From assembly GCA_951804945.1 (NCBI GenBank), contig OX638162.1:41416001-41480000 (forward strand): a stretch of 64,000 nt of DNA, given 5' to 3'. Below are positions 13,189-25,039 of this stretch, in pieces. A program made the position numbers and the translations under genes. The notes below the pieces were generated by a model. That model worked only from the letters and a program-made list of their open reading frames with translations. It was not told the origin of the DNA and did not search any database. Position 1 is the stretch's first letter, and each line of letters starts with the position of its first letter. This stretch comes from Podarcis cretensis (lineage: Eukaryota).

Positions 13189-13881
13189 CAGTGCCGGATT
13201 TACGTACAGTGGTACCTCTGGTTGTGAACGGGATCCGTTCCGGAGCCCCGTTCACAACATGAGCAGAACGCAACCCGCGTCTGTGCGTGCGTGGGTTGCG
13301 ATTTGCCAATTCTGCACATGACGTCATTTAGCACATCTGCGCGAGCAGCAAAACCCGGAAGTAACCCTTTCCGGTACTTCCGGGTCGCCGCGGGACGTAT
13401 CCTGAAAGAACGTAACATGAAGCAGACGTAACAAGAGTTATGACTGTATAAGCTAAACAAGCTATAGCTTAGGGCCCCACACTCTTGGGGGTGGCAAAAA
13501 AATAAAGGAAAAAACCCTTGATGTATATTTCTAAAATATAAGATAAAAAACTAATAAAATAAAACCTACGTACAGCAACATTGTTTAGTGTTGTGTAGGC
13601 TCCTGTGATGTAAGCAATTGGCCCTGCCTGCTAGCCTGCTCCCTAAAATATCACTGGTTTGCTCATTTCTATATATAGGGTGCCTACATTCTGCATGGAT
13701 GGGTTGCAGGGCAACATGTGCAAATGGCTTTAGATACCTATTAGGTCCATAAATGACCATATAACATATATTCAACACAAAAAACAGCGACAATTTGTTG
13801 TTGACAAAGGACAGCTGGACATATAAAGGGCCCCATTACCTTCAGTAGCTTAGGGCCTCATCAAACCTAAATCTGGCCCTG
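13189..13881. mobile_element. Non-autonomous hAT element
   Basis: TIRs cagtgccggattta / taaatctggccctg. 8-bp TSD atcccctt (13181-13188) / attccctt (13882-13889). Confidence 0.85.
13207..13446. mobile_element. Tc1/mariner (Tigger-like) MITE nested in the hAT element
   Basis: TA|cagtggtacctctggttg ... gttatgactg|TA. Same family as 36110-36325. Confidence 0.85.
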
Positions 13882-15310
13882 ATTCCCTTGATCATTCTGG
13901 TTGTGCTTACCTGAACCTCTTCCAACTCTACCATATGCTTTTTTGAGGTGAGGCAACCAGAACATAGTATTCCGAAAGCGCTTGCACCACAGACCCAGTG
14001 ACGCGTGTTGCCTGGAAGACAAGGAAGTGTCTGAGGATGGGGGTGGCCTGGGGGGTGGTAGTCCTGAGCACTGTATTTGCCCCCCCCCAAGCATGAGGCT
14101 TCCCATCCCTCCTGCAAGGCCTAATGCACGTTGACCCTAACAGTAACGATAAGAAAAAGTCTCAGCCTGTTTATGTTGTCAAATTTTGTCCCTCTTCTTC
14201 TTGAAGGAGCTTGGGGCACTTATAGAGAGCAGAGGGTTATGGGGGGGATTTGGGGAGGGGGGCAATGTTGAGCTGAGAAATGGAACTGGGCCAAATGCCA
14301 GCTCTTGACCTTCACGGCTCAGCTTAGCCATGTTAACACATCAGCCACCTGCTTGCAGCGTTTCCGCCCCACAAATGGCATGGGAAACAGGCCTTCAGCA
14401 TAAGGCAAACATCTGTTTAGAGGAGCAGAGGCTTTTAAACATCTCCAGGTTTTGTTTTTTGTTTTTAATATTTTTTTTTTAAGTTCACCTTGTTTCCCAT
14501 TTTTTTCACTCGTGCTTTTTAAATCGAGCGGTTTCACTCAGCTCAGTGAAGTGTGTTAGGAACATCTGCTTTTGGAGTAACCGGGAACAGTTTAGAGAAA
14601 GCAACTGATAGCAGGCGATGAGCAGATGCTGATTCTTGAGAGCTGGAAGCCGAGAGGGAAATTAATAAGAGTCTTTCAACAGGGCTTAACCATGGAGTGC
14701 TCTCAGTCCACTTTTTATTGGCCTGGGAAACAGCCAGGTTGGAGCTCAACAGGGCACAGCCAAGGCACGTGTAGACTAGTCTCCTAAGTTCTATTAGTTT
14801 TTATCTTCATTGTTAATGGTGATGGTTTTTAATTGGTTTGTGGGTTTCAGCCACGTTTGATCTATGGTTTTGTTTGTACTGCTTGGAAATCATGCACACG
14901 TCTCTAAATTTTCTAAATCAATAAATGAAATATGGTAGGCAGGGAATGAATGGTCCCAGTAGGAACAAAGGCACCAATAAGAGTGTTGTGTTTTTTTCAA
15001 AGGCTGATCACAAGAGTGGAAGGGAGGATTTTCATTGAGATCACAACTTGGGGAGCATCCTGCGGTTCCGATAAAAATCGCCACCTTGCACCAACCGTTA
15101 CATTTTCTGAAAACCTGATGTTCTTTTTTGGAGGATAAGGCTATCAATGTCCACTAGCTGAAATGGCTATTTTTTGACCTCCACTGTCAGAGGAAGTAAG
15201 CCTCTGAATGTCAGTTGTCGGAAACCAGTGGAGGGGAGAGTGCTCTTGCGCTCAGATTCTGCTTGCGGACTTACCAAGAGACATCTGGTTGGCCACTGTG
15301 AGAACAGGAT

Positions 15311-15453
15311 CATAGAATCATAAGAGTTGGAAGGGACCCGGAGGATCATCTACTCCAATCCTCTGCAACAAAAGAATATGCAGCTGTCCCATATGGGAAT
15401 TGAACCTGCAACCTTGGCATTATGAGTGCCACACTCTAACCAACTGAGCTATC
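15311..15453 (-). mobile_element. tRNA-Ile-derived SINE with CR1 3' tail
   Basis: Reverse complement gatagctcagttggttagagtgtggcactcataatgccaaggttgcaggttcaattcccatatggg resembles tRNA-Ile(AAT). It ends gtcccttccaactcttatgattctatg. Confidence 0.75.
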
Positions 15454-15464
15454 AGAGACTTAGG

Positions 15465-15603
15465 ATCTTAAAGACCTTCTTTGGAGGTCTTTAAGCAGAG
15501 GCTTGACAACCATATGTCAGGAGTGCTCTGATGGTGTTTCCTGCTTGGCAGGGGGTTGGACTCGATGGCCCTTGTGGTCTCTTCCAACTCTATGATTCTA
15601 TGA
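15465..15603 (+). mobile_element. CR1 LINE 3' tail
   Basis: ttggaggtctttaagcagaggcttgac...gggggttggactcgatggcc...ttccaactctatgattctatgat, the CR1 octamer-repeat tail. Confidence 0.85.
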
Positions 15604-17365
15604 TGCTGGACTAGATGGGCCTGTGGCCTAATCCAGCAGGGCTCTTCCTACTTTCTTGGAAGCTATTTTTATCCACTTGTCTAGAAATGTTCCCACTAAA
15701 CCAAGACTGGCCAATGTGGCTGCTGTCCAGATACAACTGGACTCCCAACTCCCATCTTCCCCCATGGTCAAGGACGATGGGTGTGGAAGTCCAGCAACAA
15801 CTAGAGGATGCCTTATTGGCTACCCCTGCACTAAATCATTCAAGTTTTGCCCTTCTGTTTTCATACATGCAGGTGTGTTTTTTTGAGCAACATACGTATA
15901 ATTTCTGTATATGTTATCTGTACCAAACCCATGTCATAACCGAAAAGAAATCAGGCTGAGGACATTGGCAAGGCATCATAAAACACTACTGTGTTTCTGC
16001 CTTTCCTTTCCAAAACATATGAACAACTGCGCATGCACAGCGACTAATATTAATATTAATTGTATCATTACCAAATAGATTCTGTGGTTCTCGTCCGTGG
16101 GGGGCTGGGGGGGGATCCCAGCCCCCACAAAAGGCAAGAACATCCCAATAATCTCATTAAAATGAAAGAAGCCGCCATGTTCAATTAGCATAAGTAACCC
16201 CAATTTGTAGCAATTGCTTGAGGATAAAGAAAACAGGACAACAAATCATGCAAATGAATAATGCTTAGTCTGTCACAGCAGTGGGAGTGACAGTTCAGTA
16301 GAGAAGTTCTGGGTATAATGTTAATAAGCTTTACATTTTTTACATTTGTCTTGCTCTGCTTGAATTATGTTTTCTTTTCAAAGCGATAATGACCCAAAAC
16401 TACCGAGAGCAAAGAGTTTGAATGTAGGGCGGCAAACATGCAGAATGCTTCCTCTGAATTCGGCTGTGCTGAATGGCTCCGTGCCCCGGAGCGGAATTCG
16501 TTTTACTTATTATTTATATCAATCGTTCTAGGCTGCATTTTGACCCAAAGGGAGCTAAAGCAGCTCTCAATGTAAAATCCCCCCTCACCCACACAAAAAA
16601 AGCATCCTAGTCATAAAGCATCGCAACAAAAACACATTTTAAAATAATGTAGCGAACAGCAGAGTGGAACGGAACCATAAAATGGATGGAATCGAAGCCA
16701 TCTCTCCAAATGGAAGACCAAACAGCAGTGGGAGCTAGTGCCCATTGGGCAGAAGGCAGGGAGACCAACAGTAGGGGGAGCCAGAGCTAATGGGAGGCAG
16801 AACCACCACCTGACTGGTTGTAAGGAAGGAAGGCAGAAGTTGGTAGGGGCCAGCCTTCCAGTGCCAGTAAGGCAAGAGTGGGTAACCCATAACCTTGTCA
16901 GAGCTAACTAATTCTAATTTGGTCCTCATCCTCTTCCCTGCTGTGTTCTACACAGTTCTAACTTCCATGCAGCTTTATATTTCAACAGGAACTTTAAAGA
17001 GTTTATATAGCTCAAGAAAATCAATTTTTTAAAAGAGATTTAAAAAAAAAACAGAATGGAAGAGACAGAAGAGAAATGATTCAGTTCCATATTCCAAGGG
17101 TGGCTAGCATGGTGCCCTCCAGATGTTCCTCAATACATTGCTACATTTCCCAGCACCCTTCACAAACAATGACTCATGTTCCCATGATTCTTTGGAAGGA
17201 GCTATTGTGCTTTAAATGTGCATTGAATATGCTTTCAAGGTCTGGTGCAGATGTAACGATGGACCAACGGTCTGATTCAGTGTCAGGCACCTTGGAGATC
17301 CACACAGGCCGGTGACCATCCCGAATTATCAGAGCAATAATCGTTTTCCCCCTTTGCTTCTGCAG

Positions 17366-17897
17366 GACGGCTACTTTTCCCACCGGCCGAAGGAGAAAAT
17401 GCGGACGGACAGCAACAACGAAAACTCTGTCCCCAAGGACTTGGAAAATATAGACAATAGCAACTTTGCTCCCAGGACGCAGAAGCAGAAGCACCAGGTG
17501 GAGCTGGTGAAAAAGCCCCTGAGCAAGCAGAAGGAGCGTTTGCGGAGGAAGCTGGAGCAGGAGGAGAAGGTGAAAGAGAACTCGCTCCTGGGGAAAAGCT
17601 CCAATGAGGTGCTGCAGTACGGCCACCCGGCCCCAAAGACCAGCATCAATGGCAGCCAGTTGAAAGATATCCACAGGTCCCAGGCCAGGCAGCACCATCT
17701 GAAGAAGAATGGGAACAGCTCTCCTGAACTCGCCTACGAGCAGCCGCCCAAATGCGAAATCTCGGGCAAGGAGGCCATCTCTGCGCTCTCCCGAGCCAAA
17801 TCCAAGCAGTGTCGGCAGGAGATTGCTGAGATGTACTGTCAGCACAAGCAGGGGAAGCTGATGCCAGAGCAAGTGACTCGTTTCTGCCCTCTGGAAG
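17366..17897 (+). CDS. XYLT1: Xylosyltransferase 1, exon 3 (stem region and start of catalytic domain), 532 bp, phase 0 to 1
   Basis: Acceptor ttctgcag|GAC, donor GAAG|gtaagt. Translates [25 protein letters not shown]...[28 protein letters not shown]...TRFCPLEG, recognisable as vertebrate XYLT1. Confidence 0.97.
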
Positions 17898-17964
17898 GTA
17901 AGTTGGCCCATGAGGAAAGGAGAGATGTGGCTGCCACTCCCGATTTTCAAGTAACATAATACAG

Positions 17965-18170
17965 GGAGCCCTAAAAATGTGCTCTCGAGTTTCAAGTGTG
18001 GGGAGGGAGTTTTGCGACTTAGGGACCGCCACAGAGAATGCCCTCTCCCCAGCCGCCACCACCTGAGCTTCAAGAGGGCATCCTCCACGGATCTTAGCCC
18101 CCGAGAGGGTCTGTAGGGAAGGAGGTGGTATTTGGGGCTCCCCCGATTTAGGGCTTTGAATGCTAATGAT
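17965..18170 (-). mobile_element. L2 LINE fragment
   Basis: Minus strand AGERAFSVAVPKSQNSLP matches the L2 ORF2 C-terminal RAFSVAxPxLWNxLP motif. Other L2 pieces at about 36420-36660(-), 38570-38680(+), 55080-55500(-) and 59050-59260(+). Confidence 0.7.
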
Positions 18171-18495
18171 AGTGCACGCTAACACACTGCTCACTCTACT
18201 GCTTGGCTGCCTTCTTCATCAGCTCTACTTGCCTGCTTCAAGATGGACACTGTCGATCTTGCTTGCTAGTAATATGGGGGCAGAACTGCTGGATTCAGTC
18301 ACATTTCAACCAATCCTCTCTACTCACAGAAATCAAACACATAGGCAGATGGTTAGACTAGAAAAACGTTGAGGAGAGTTCTGCTATATCAGCCCATCAG
18401 GCCTAGCATCCTTTTCTGACACTGGCTAACAAGCAACTGGTCTTCAGAAGCACAGGGCCTCTGTGGGTAGCAAACAGCCACAGCCAGCCTTATCC

Positions 18496-18849
18496 TCAGG
18501 ACAGACAAAAGAAGGTACTTCTTCACACAGTGCATAGTTAAACTGTGGGACTTGTTGTCACCGGAGGCTGCCATGTTGGTTGGCTTTAAAACAGGTAGAC
18601 AAATTGGTGGAGGTGAAGATTACTGGCGGCTGCTAGCCCTGATGGCTGTGTTCTGCCGCCATCTTCAGAGGGAGTAATGCTTCTGAGTACCAGTTGTTGA
18701 AAACACAGGAGGTGAGAATGCTGCTGCACTGGGGGTCCTGCTTCTGGGCATCCCACAGGCATCTGGTTGGCCACCTTGAAAACAAGATGCTGGACTAGAA
18801 GGGTCATTGGCCTGATGCAGCATCTTCTTGAACTGTTCTTACATTCTAA
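18496..18849 (+). mobile_element. CR1 LINE 3' end
   Basis: aggacagacaaaagaaggtacttcttcacacag (RTDKRRYFFTQ), then the 3'UTR family sequence and a ttcttacattct tail. Confidence 0.8.
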
Positions 18850-18850
18850 T

Positions 18851-19015
18851 AAAGGTAAAGGTACCCCAACCATTAGTTCCAGTCGCGGACGACCCTGGGG
18901 TTGCGCGCTCATCTCGCTCTATAGGCCGAGGGAGCCGGCATTTGTCCTCAGACAGCTTCCGGGTCATGTGGCCACCAGGACTAAGCCGCTTCTGGGGAAC
19001 CAGAGCAGTGCACAG
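18851..19015 (-). mobile_element. Sauria SINE (Squam1), 3' half
   Basis: aaaggtaaaggtacccc...ccagtcgcggacgaccctggggttgcgcgctcatctcgc...cttccgggtcatgtggcca. Confidence 0.88.
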
Positions 19016-20111
19016 AAATACATTATAATACCTCCATAAATATCTCTCATTTGCCATTGGTTGGTGGCCATTACCTCATCCTGAGGAAGGAAACGGCATA
19101 TGTCAAACTACACACTGTGTGAAATGGCATTTCCTCCTTCTGTTCCTTCTCCTCAGACACAGAGTTTTGGAGCGAGTTTTGATCAGTGCATATGCCCACC
19201 TGCATTCTGTTGTCCCTGAAGAGACTGTCAATCAAATCCCAAACAATGTCTATTTTTTAAATTAAAAAAACAGCAGTTCCATAATTTTCGGCACAACATC
19301 TGTATTCTGAGCTATGAAACGTTTACACTACAGTATTAAATTCCTTGTTGAAGCAGCTGATTGATTAAAGAACAGCGTCTTCTGGAACTTGGAAGTTCAC
19401 ATACAAATTACTTTCTGGTGTAAAACCAATGACGCTCCCTCAAGTTTTGCATACCTGAAATTGCTTGGTGTTGTTTTTTAAGCCTATTTTCTTTTAATTA
19501 CGCAGAAGGGGAAAATAGATTGCTCTGTATTTTTTCAATTAAATGGAATGAAATGCAAATGGAGAACATATTCTGTTACTCAGTATACACTTTCAACATA
19601 GCTGGAAGTTCAGGCTTCAAGCAACCATTAGTTCAGCATTTTGAACACCCATCCTAAAGCAGTTATTGCTGGGATCTTGAAAATGCACAATTGTGATACT
19701 TAATAACCTCTAAAGGGATGTGACTGTCATTTAAAGGTCCCTGTGCAACAGGCCTGCTTGTTGGTTAATAACATGTTTCTGCTGCCCAGAAAAGAAAAAA
19801 AAGTGCGTAGCCCATTTTGAGCTTGCTTCACTTCCATTTTGAACAACATGGAAATAAGGGACAAGGTAAGGCAGGGCAGGGCTGCGTTTTGCTGCCCAAT
19901 CCCTGGCATTTGCAAACTCTCCCCTTGACACCCACTGGGACATCAATCTTGGTTTCAAATTCTGGAGACACTTGCAGTTGCTTATGCTGCACTCACAGAT
20001 ACCAGGAAAGGCAGATGCAAAATCAGGGGTGAGACTACTTGATCTAGGCCACATACACACCATACATTTAAAACACTATGATACCACTTATTATTATTGT
20101 TATTGTTATTA

Positions 20112-20344
20112 CAGTGGTACCTCTGGTTACATACTTTATTCGTTCCGGAGGTCCATTCTTAACCTGAAATTGTTCTTAACCTGAAGCACCACTTTAGCTA
20201 ATGGGGCCTCCCACTGCCACCGGAGCATGATTTCTGTTCTCATCTGAAGCAAAGTTCTTAACCTGAGGTACTATTTCTGGGTTAGCAGAGTCTGTAACCT
20301 AAAGCGTATGTAACCTGAAGCGTATGTAACCCGAGGTACTACTG
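20112..20344. mobile_element. Tc1/mariner (Tigger-like) MITE
   Basis: TA|cagtggtacctctggttacatac ... gtatgtaacccgaggtactactg|TA. Confidence 0.9.
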
Positions 20345-20674
20345 TAGCTTCCAGCAAAGATACTACTAATACTAATACTAATACTGTACTAATACTAATA
20401 ATACCAAACATTAAAAGCTTCCAGAAATAATACCAAACATTAAAAGCTTCCAGAAACTAGGATAACATTAAAAGCTTCCCCAAACTATGATACCACTTAA
20501 ACAAGACTTCTGGGAGCTGTAGTTTGTTAAGAGTGCTGAGTTGTTAGGAAACCCTCTGTTCTGCTCTCAGAACTACAATTCCCAGAGTTCCCTGTGGAGA
20601 GGGCTTGATTGTTAAGCCACTCTGAGAATCGTAACTGTGTGTGGGGAATAGGAAACCCCTAAGGACTCTCAGCA

Positions 20675-21024
20675 GGTGGCGCTGTGGGTTAAAGCCTCAG
20701 CGCCTAGGGCTTGCCGATCGAAAGGTCGGCGGTTCGAATCCCTGCGGCGGGGTGCGCTCCCGCTGCTCGGTCCCAGCGCCTGCCAACCTAGCAGTTCGAA
20801 AGCACCTCCGGGTGCAAGTAGATAAATAGGGACCGCTTACCAGCGGGAAGGTAAACGGCATTTCCGTGTGCGGCTCTGGCTCGCCAGAGCAGCGATGTCA
20901 CGCTGGCCACGTGACCCGGAAGTGTCTCCGGACAGTGCTGGCCCCTGGCCTCTTAAGTGAGATGGGCGCACAACCCCAGAGTCTGTCAAGACTGGCCCGT
21001 ACGGGCAGGGGTACCTTTACCTTT
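20675..21024 (+). mobile_element. Sauria SINE, near full length, 15-bp TSD
   Basis: ggtggcgctgtgggttaaa...ggttcgaatccc...(acctt t)n tail. TSD taaggactctcagca at 20660-20674 and 21025-21039. CpG-rich, so young. Confidence 0.93.
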
Positions 21025-21835
21025 TAAGGACTCTCAGCACCCATGGTGCCCAGTAAACAACAGCCTTGTTGTGAAGAGCGAGGGAGACAGAATTGTCACT
21101 ATCATTGGAATAATGTTGCTTTTTACCTGATTGCCGCGAATGAGTCTTTAGTTTGGATGAAAGGGAGTTAATGGGCCAGAATGACTGTCTGATGTCCCTT
21201 AGTGGTCAGTGACCAATTTGTGCCAGCCACATACTTTGTTTGGAAAAATTGCAGGTAATTGTGCCAAGATGAGTAATGGATGTCACTTTAAGGGCACTAA
21301 TTGTTAGAGGGTGATTAACCCGTCCCATATCTTCCCTGGAATGTGGAAAGCCATTTGGGGAAAGTGGAACACCTTCCTCCACGTCACCCCCTCCTAGCTA
21401 AAGGTTTGGGGTTGATGTGTGAAGTCTGTGTATGAGAGAAGCTGCACTTAAAATTTGGAAGACAGACATAGGGATAGAGAAATGAGCTGCGTCCCTGGAA
21501 GGCTGAAAATATCTTGGGGCAACTCTCTCTGGGGATCTGGTGTGGGGCAATGGGTCTGCTGATTTGATAAGAGTGCTTAAGCAATTAGCCTCTGTCATTG
21601 CTGGAGGTGCAAAATCTATTGCCCTCCAGTTTGCTAGACTCCAGCTCCCATCAGTCCCATTCAGCATAGCCAATGTTAAGGGATGACAGGAGCTGCAGTC
21701 CCATAACATCTGGAGAGATGCAGTTCCCTACCCCTGGCCTATGCCCGGCCTGCATATTTGAAAGTAATCGCTCTAAGTCTGCAATGAGCTCCTTGGTAGT
21801 GCTAGTGGACTCTCCTTGGTTGGAAGTATCTAAAC

Positions 21836-21973
21836 CAGCCTTTCTCAACCTGTGGGTCCCCAGATATTGTTGAACTACAACTCCCATCACCCCTAGCTAG
21901 CAAGGCCAGAGCTCAGAGATGTTAGGAGTTGTAGTCCAACAACATCTGGGGACCCACAGGTTGAGAACCGCTG
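21836..21973. mobile_element. Palindromic hAT MITE (about 138 bp)
   Basis: TIRs cagcctttctcaacctgtgggtcccc / ggggacccacaggttgagaaccgctg. TSD atctaaac / ttctaaac. Confidence 0.88.
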
Positions 21974-22291
21974 TTCTAAACCAAGATCGGGTGGCCATCT
22001 GCGAGGGATTCTTTAGCTGTGATTCCTGCTCTTGGAGTCCTTTCCAACTCTACAATTCTATGATTCTGTTATTCTTTGATCTCTCCTCTCCAAGGAAGCC
22101 AAGCCCTTGCAAAGCATTGCCCATGGAACATTTTGCTACTTTGGGGTCCCCAACACATTTTGAAATCTGTTGTGAGGACTACAAAATACCCATTTCACAG
22201 AAGGAAAATCCGCAGCGCTTAAAAGCGCCCCCCCTCCAAAAAAACCAGACAAAACATCTGCACAGACCTTAAAACGAATTAAACATATATA

Positions 22292-22844
22292 CCGTATTTT
22301 TCGCTCCATAAGACTCACTTTTTTCCACTTAAAATCTAAGGGGAAATGTCTGTGCGTCTTATGGAGAGAATGTGTGGTCCCTGGGGCTGCGGGGAGAATC
22401 CGGGCTTCCCCCACCAGCCCCGACCTGCTCTTTGGGGCTGGCGGTGGGGGAAAGCCAGGCTTCCCCCCACCGCTAGCCCCACAAGCTCGGGGAGCAGCGG
22501 GAAGGCTGCTCCTTTCGCTGAAGCCTTTCCTTTCGCCTCTCCTTTCTCTGGAGCCAGGAAAGTCCTGCTCTCTTGGCTTCAGCGAAAGGAACCCGAAGCC
22601 TCCAGAGCACAGCAGGAACTCCCGCCGTGCTCCAGAGGCTTCGGGTTGCCTTCACTGAAAGCGAAGGCAATGTGAGAGAGGGAGAGCTGCGCAGCACCAC
22701 TTCAGCGAAGCGGGAGGAGAAATGGAAGGGGCTCAGTTTCTCCTGCTGCTTCGCTGAAGGGGCGCTGCACAGAGAGGGGGAGATTTTTTTTTTCTTGTTC
22801 TCCCCCTCTAAAACAAGGTGCGTACTATGGAGCGAAAAATACGG
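22292..22844. mobile_element. Tc1/mariner (pogo/Tc2-like) non-autonomous DNA transposon
   Basis: TA|ccgtatttttcgctccata ... tatggagcgaaaaatacgg|TA. GC-rich interior with recurrent (c)ttc(g/a)ctgaa and ttcagcgaa motifs. Confidence 0.88.
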
Positions 22845-23654
22845 TATTAAAAAGGAGACAGTACTCTATAAAAAAAAGGCACCTGCCCCATCCTAAATCC
22901 ATTTTTAAAAAATTAGAGGGACAGGGGGTCTTGTGAGGCACCAACCTGAATATTTGCAGGTGTCATAGCACCCATGGGTGCCATACTGGGGGGGGTGTAG
23001 CATACAACAAATGCAGACAGGAGCCTGGCCACTTCCTTTTTATTTCCAGGATGCGCTGTGCTTGTGTCTGCATCGCTTCCCATTGGCACAGGAATCGATT
23101 CCTGCCAATTTCCATTTTGTCCCCATCTCTGGGGATAATTGATAGTCCGGAGAACCAACCAGGGTGTAATATTTAATATTAATGCCTGCTCTCATGCTGG
23201 TTGTGAATTAGCTTTGCTAGACTCAATCATATGTCCTCAGCAGGCACATGTGTAATTAAAAAGGAGCGCACATCGGGTTCACAGTTGCACTGTAAAAGGG
23301 CCGTATGTTCCTTTGGGTTTGCATACTGGTGGAATGTAATTATGGTATTGCTAAATACTTCTAGGGTTCTGGTAGATTCTCCCCCACCAAAAATATATAT
23401 ATTATTTTTTAAAAGAACACTTTCCTTACCTGGAGCAATGCTATTTCCAAAATAGAAGGGTGGGTTGTTTTTTAGCGCAGGATTACTTGCTGTGCTTTCC
23501 TAATGAATAAAAGCAATGGACGCACAAAGGGAAGCTGGATTTTTGCTGAAGTTCGGTTTTTGCACAAACACAAAAATGGATGGGGTAGGAGTAATGTTCA
23601 CACACAAAAAACTGACTTTCCACACTTTTCTTTCATCTTCCTCCATCCCACACT

Positions 23655-23770
23655 TAGAATCATAGAATTTTTGAGTGGAAAGGGTCCTGAGAGTCGTCAA
23701 GTCCAAACCCCAGCAATGTAAGAATCTCAACTGAAGAGTCCCTGACAGTTGGCCATCCAACCTCTGCTCA
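23655..23770 (-). mobile_element. CR1 3' tail
   Basis: tagaatcatagaat...ggaaagggtcc...gtccaaacccc...ggccatccaacctctgct. Confidence 0.75.
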
Positions 23771-24603
23771 AATTTGAAAGGAGAGGAAAAGAAGTGAACT
23801 TGGGAGAGAGCTATATTCAGCAGGGAAGAATCAGAAAGAACTGGGTTGTTTGAAAGGAAGGGAAAGGCGAGGATGGGAGAGGGGCCCCTGCTTCACTTCA
23901 GATCAACAAGCACCAGCTTGAAAGGCAGGAAAGCCTGGTTTAAAAATATGTCTTGTTAATGAATGGTTAGGAGATACAGAGCAAATCACATTGAAGCATG
24001 GCATTTGAGATGTGGTTTCCTTTGGGCCTTAATTGGATTAGTGGGATCATATTAAAGATATAGCGACTATGCGATGTTTAGAGGATTATTCAGCCCCTTT
24101 CTCTTTTTCATTTTTTGTATCATCTAATCCTGTTGATTGGGAGCTGCTTTAGAGTTAACTGCAACCAGGCAAGCAAGACCCAAGTTTCGGTCTCCCATCT
24201 GTTCCCAAGTGCCTCTTGCCTTACCGCAGCGGAATTTCACAGAAATGGAAACAAGCATGGTGGCTTTTCCAGAAGATGCCCACACTATAGCTAAGCCCCA
24301 CTTTCGCTTAGTGCTACACCAAGTACTCCAGATTGCACATGTCAACCCTGATGGTTTCCCAGTCATTTAAACTTTAGGAAACACTTCTTAACTATTAGAG
24401 CATTTCCAGGAACGCAGTAAGCTCCTGGAGATATCAAGAATCCTCTGTCCCTGAAAGGCTATTTTTCTTTCTTTCTTTTTTTAAGGCTTTCAGGGATGTG
24501 TTTAGATATTAGAGACACTTGCCAAGGTTAGGGCAGGAGTGGTCAAAGAAGTTAGTTACAGTGGGGCCAAATTAGGCAGAGCATATGAAAGTATGAGATG
24601 CCC

Positions 24604-25039
24604 CTATGGATGGGTAGATCTCAGTTTTGGTTTCTCCCTTATTTCTTCATGTTTCCAGTCTTAAAGTTCAGCTCCCCACATTTCCACATCAGTTTGCAAC
24701 ATTTTTTCTAAGTCCTCATGAAAATTGATCAGTGTTTTAGTGGGAATTTCTCCTTAAATGCCAAAAAAAAATGGCATTGTGTCTGATGTACTCAATTTTT
24801 GCAAAGCAATTTTCCTTAATAGAATTAATTTGTGAATAGATGCATTTTTACAGACACTGTACCCTGGCATATGTGTTTTCGTACCCTTTACTTGGCGGAA
24901 GAGGGGCATTACAAAATTCAGAGAGAAGTGTGAATTTGAAGAGATGGCTGTGTTTTGCTTCTTGTATTGTTTTGGGAACTGCAGATTAGGTAGAATTACC
25001 TTTAAATGCAATCTGAATTGAACTTCTCCCCCGCCCCTA
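24604..25039 (+). mobile_element. Old hAT-like non-autonomous element (TAGGG...CCCTA termini)
   Basis: Internal sequence (ccacatttccacatcagtttg, cctcatgaaaatt) is shared with 32522-32900(+), about 42041-42451(-) and partial 44680-45256(-). Confidence 0.6.

Larger units (their letters stand above)
12140..13985 (-). mobile_element. CR1 LINE 3' portion interrupted by two SINEs and a hAT element
   Basis: Minus-strand remnants VELEEVQVSTTRMIKG and MESLPYRERLQCLGLFSLEERQ...VFKIMCGMERVDR, followed by the 3'UTR motif. Confidence 0.85.
20047..21040. mobile_element. Harbinger-like foldback MITE hosting three nested insertions
   Basis: Starts ggccacatacacaccatacatttaaa. Host sequence resumes at 20484 and 21025 after duplicated target sites. 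Confidence 0.7.

Noticed and set aside
15380-15453. Possible tRNA genes (also 31900-31965)
   Set aside because: Degenerate stems and anticodon loops, fused to CR1 tails. These are SINE heads.
1-17365. Search for the 39-bp XYLT1 exon 2
   Set aside because: No AG-flanked segment encoding a PSPLITLETQ-like peptide was seen. It is presumably upstream, though a diverged copy could be missed by eye.
17174-18088. 304-aa minus-strand ORF, the longest in the window
   Set aside because: It is the antisense shadow of XYLT1 exon 3 and starts in an L2 fragment. No recognisable protein and a non-ATG start.
20397-20480. About 29-bp direct repeats resembling a CRISPR array
   Set aside because: Eukaryotic intron, repeats are adjacent with no unique spacers, and they lie inside a retro-insertion.
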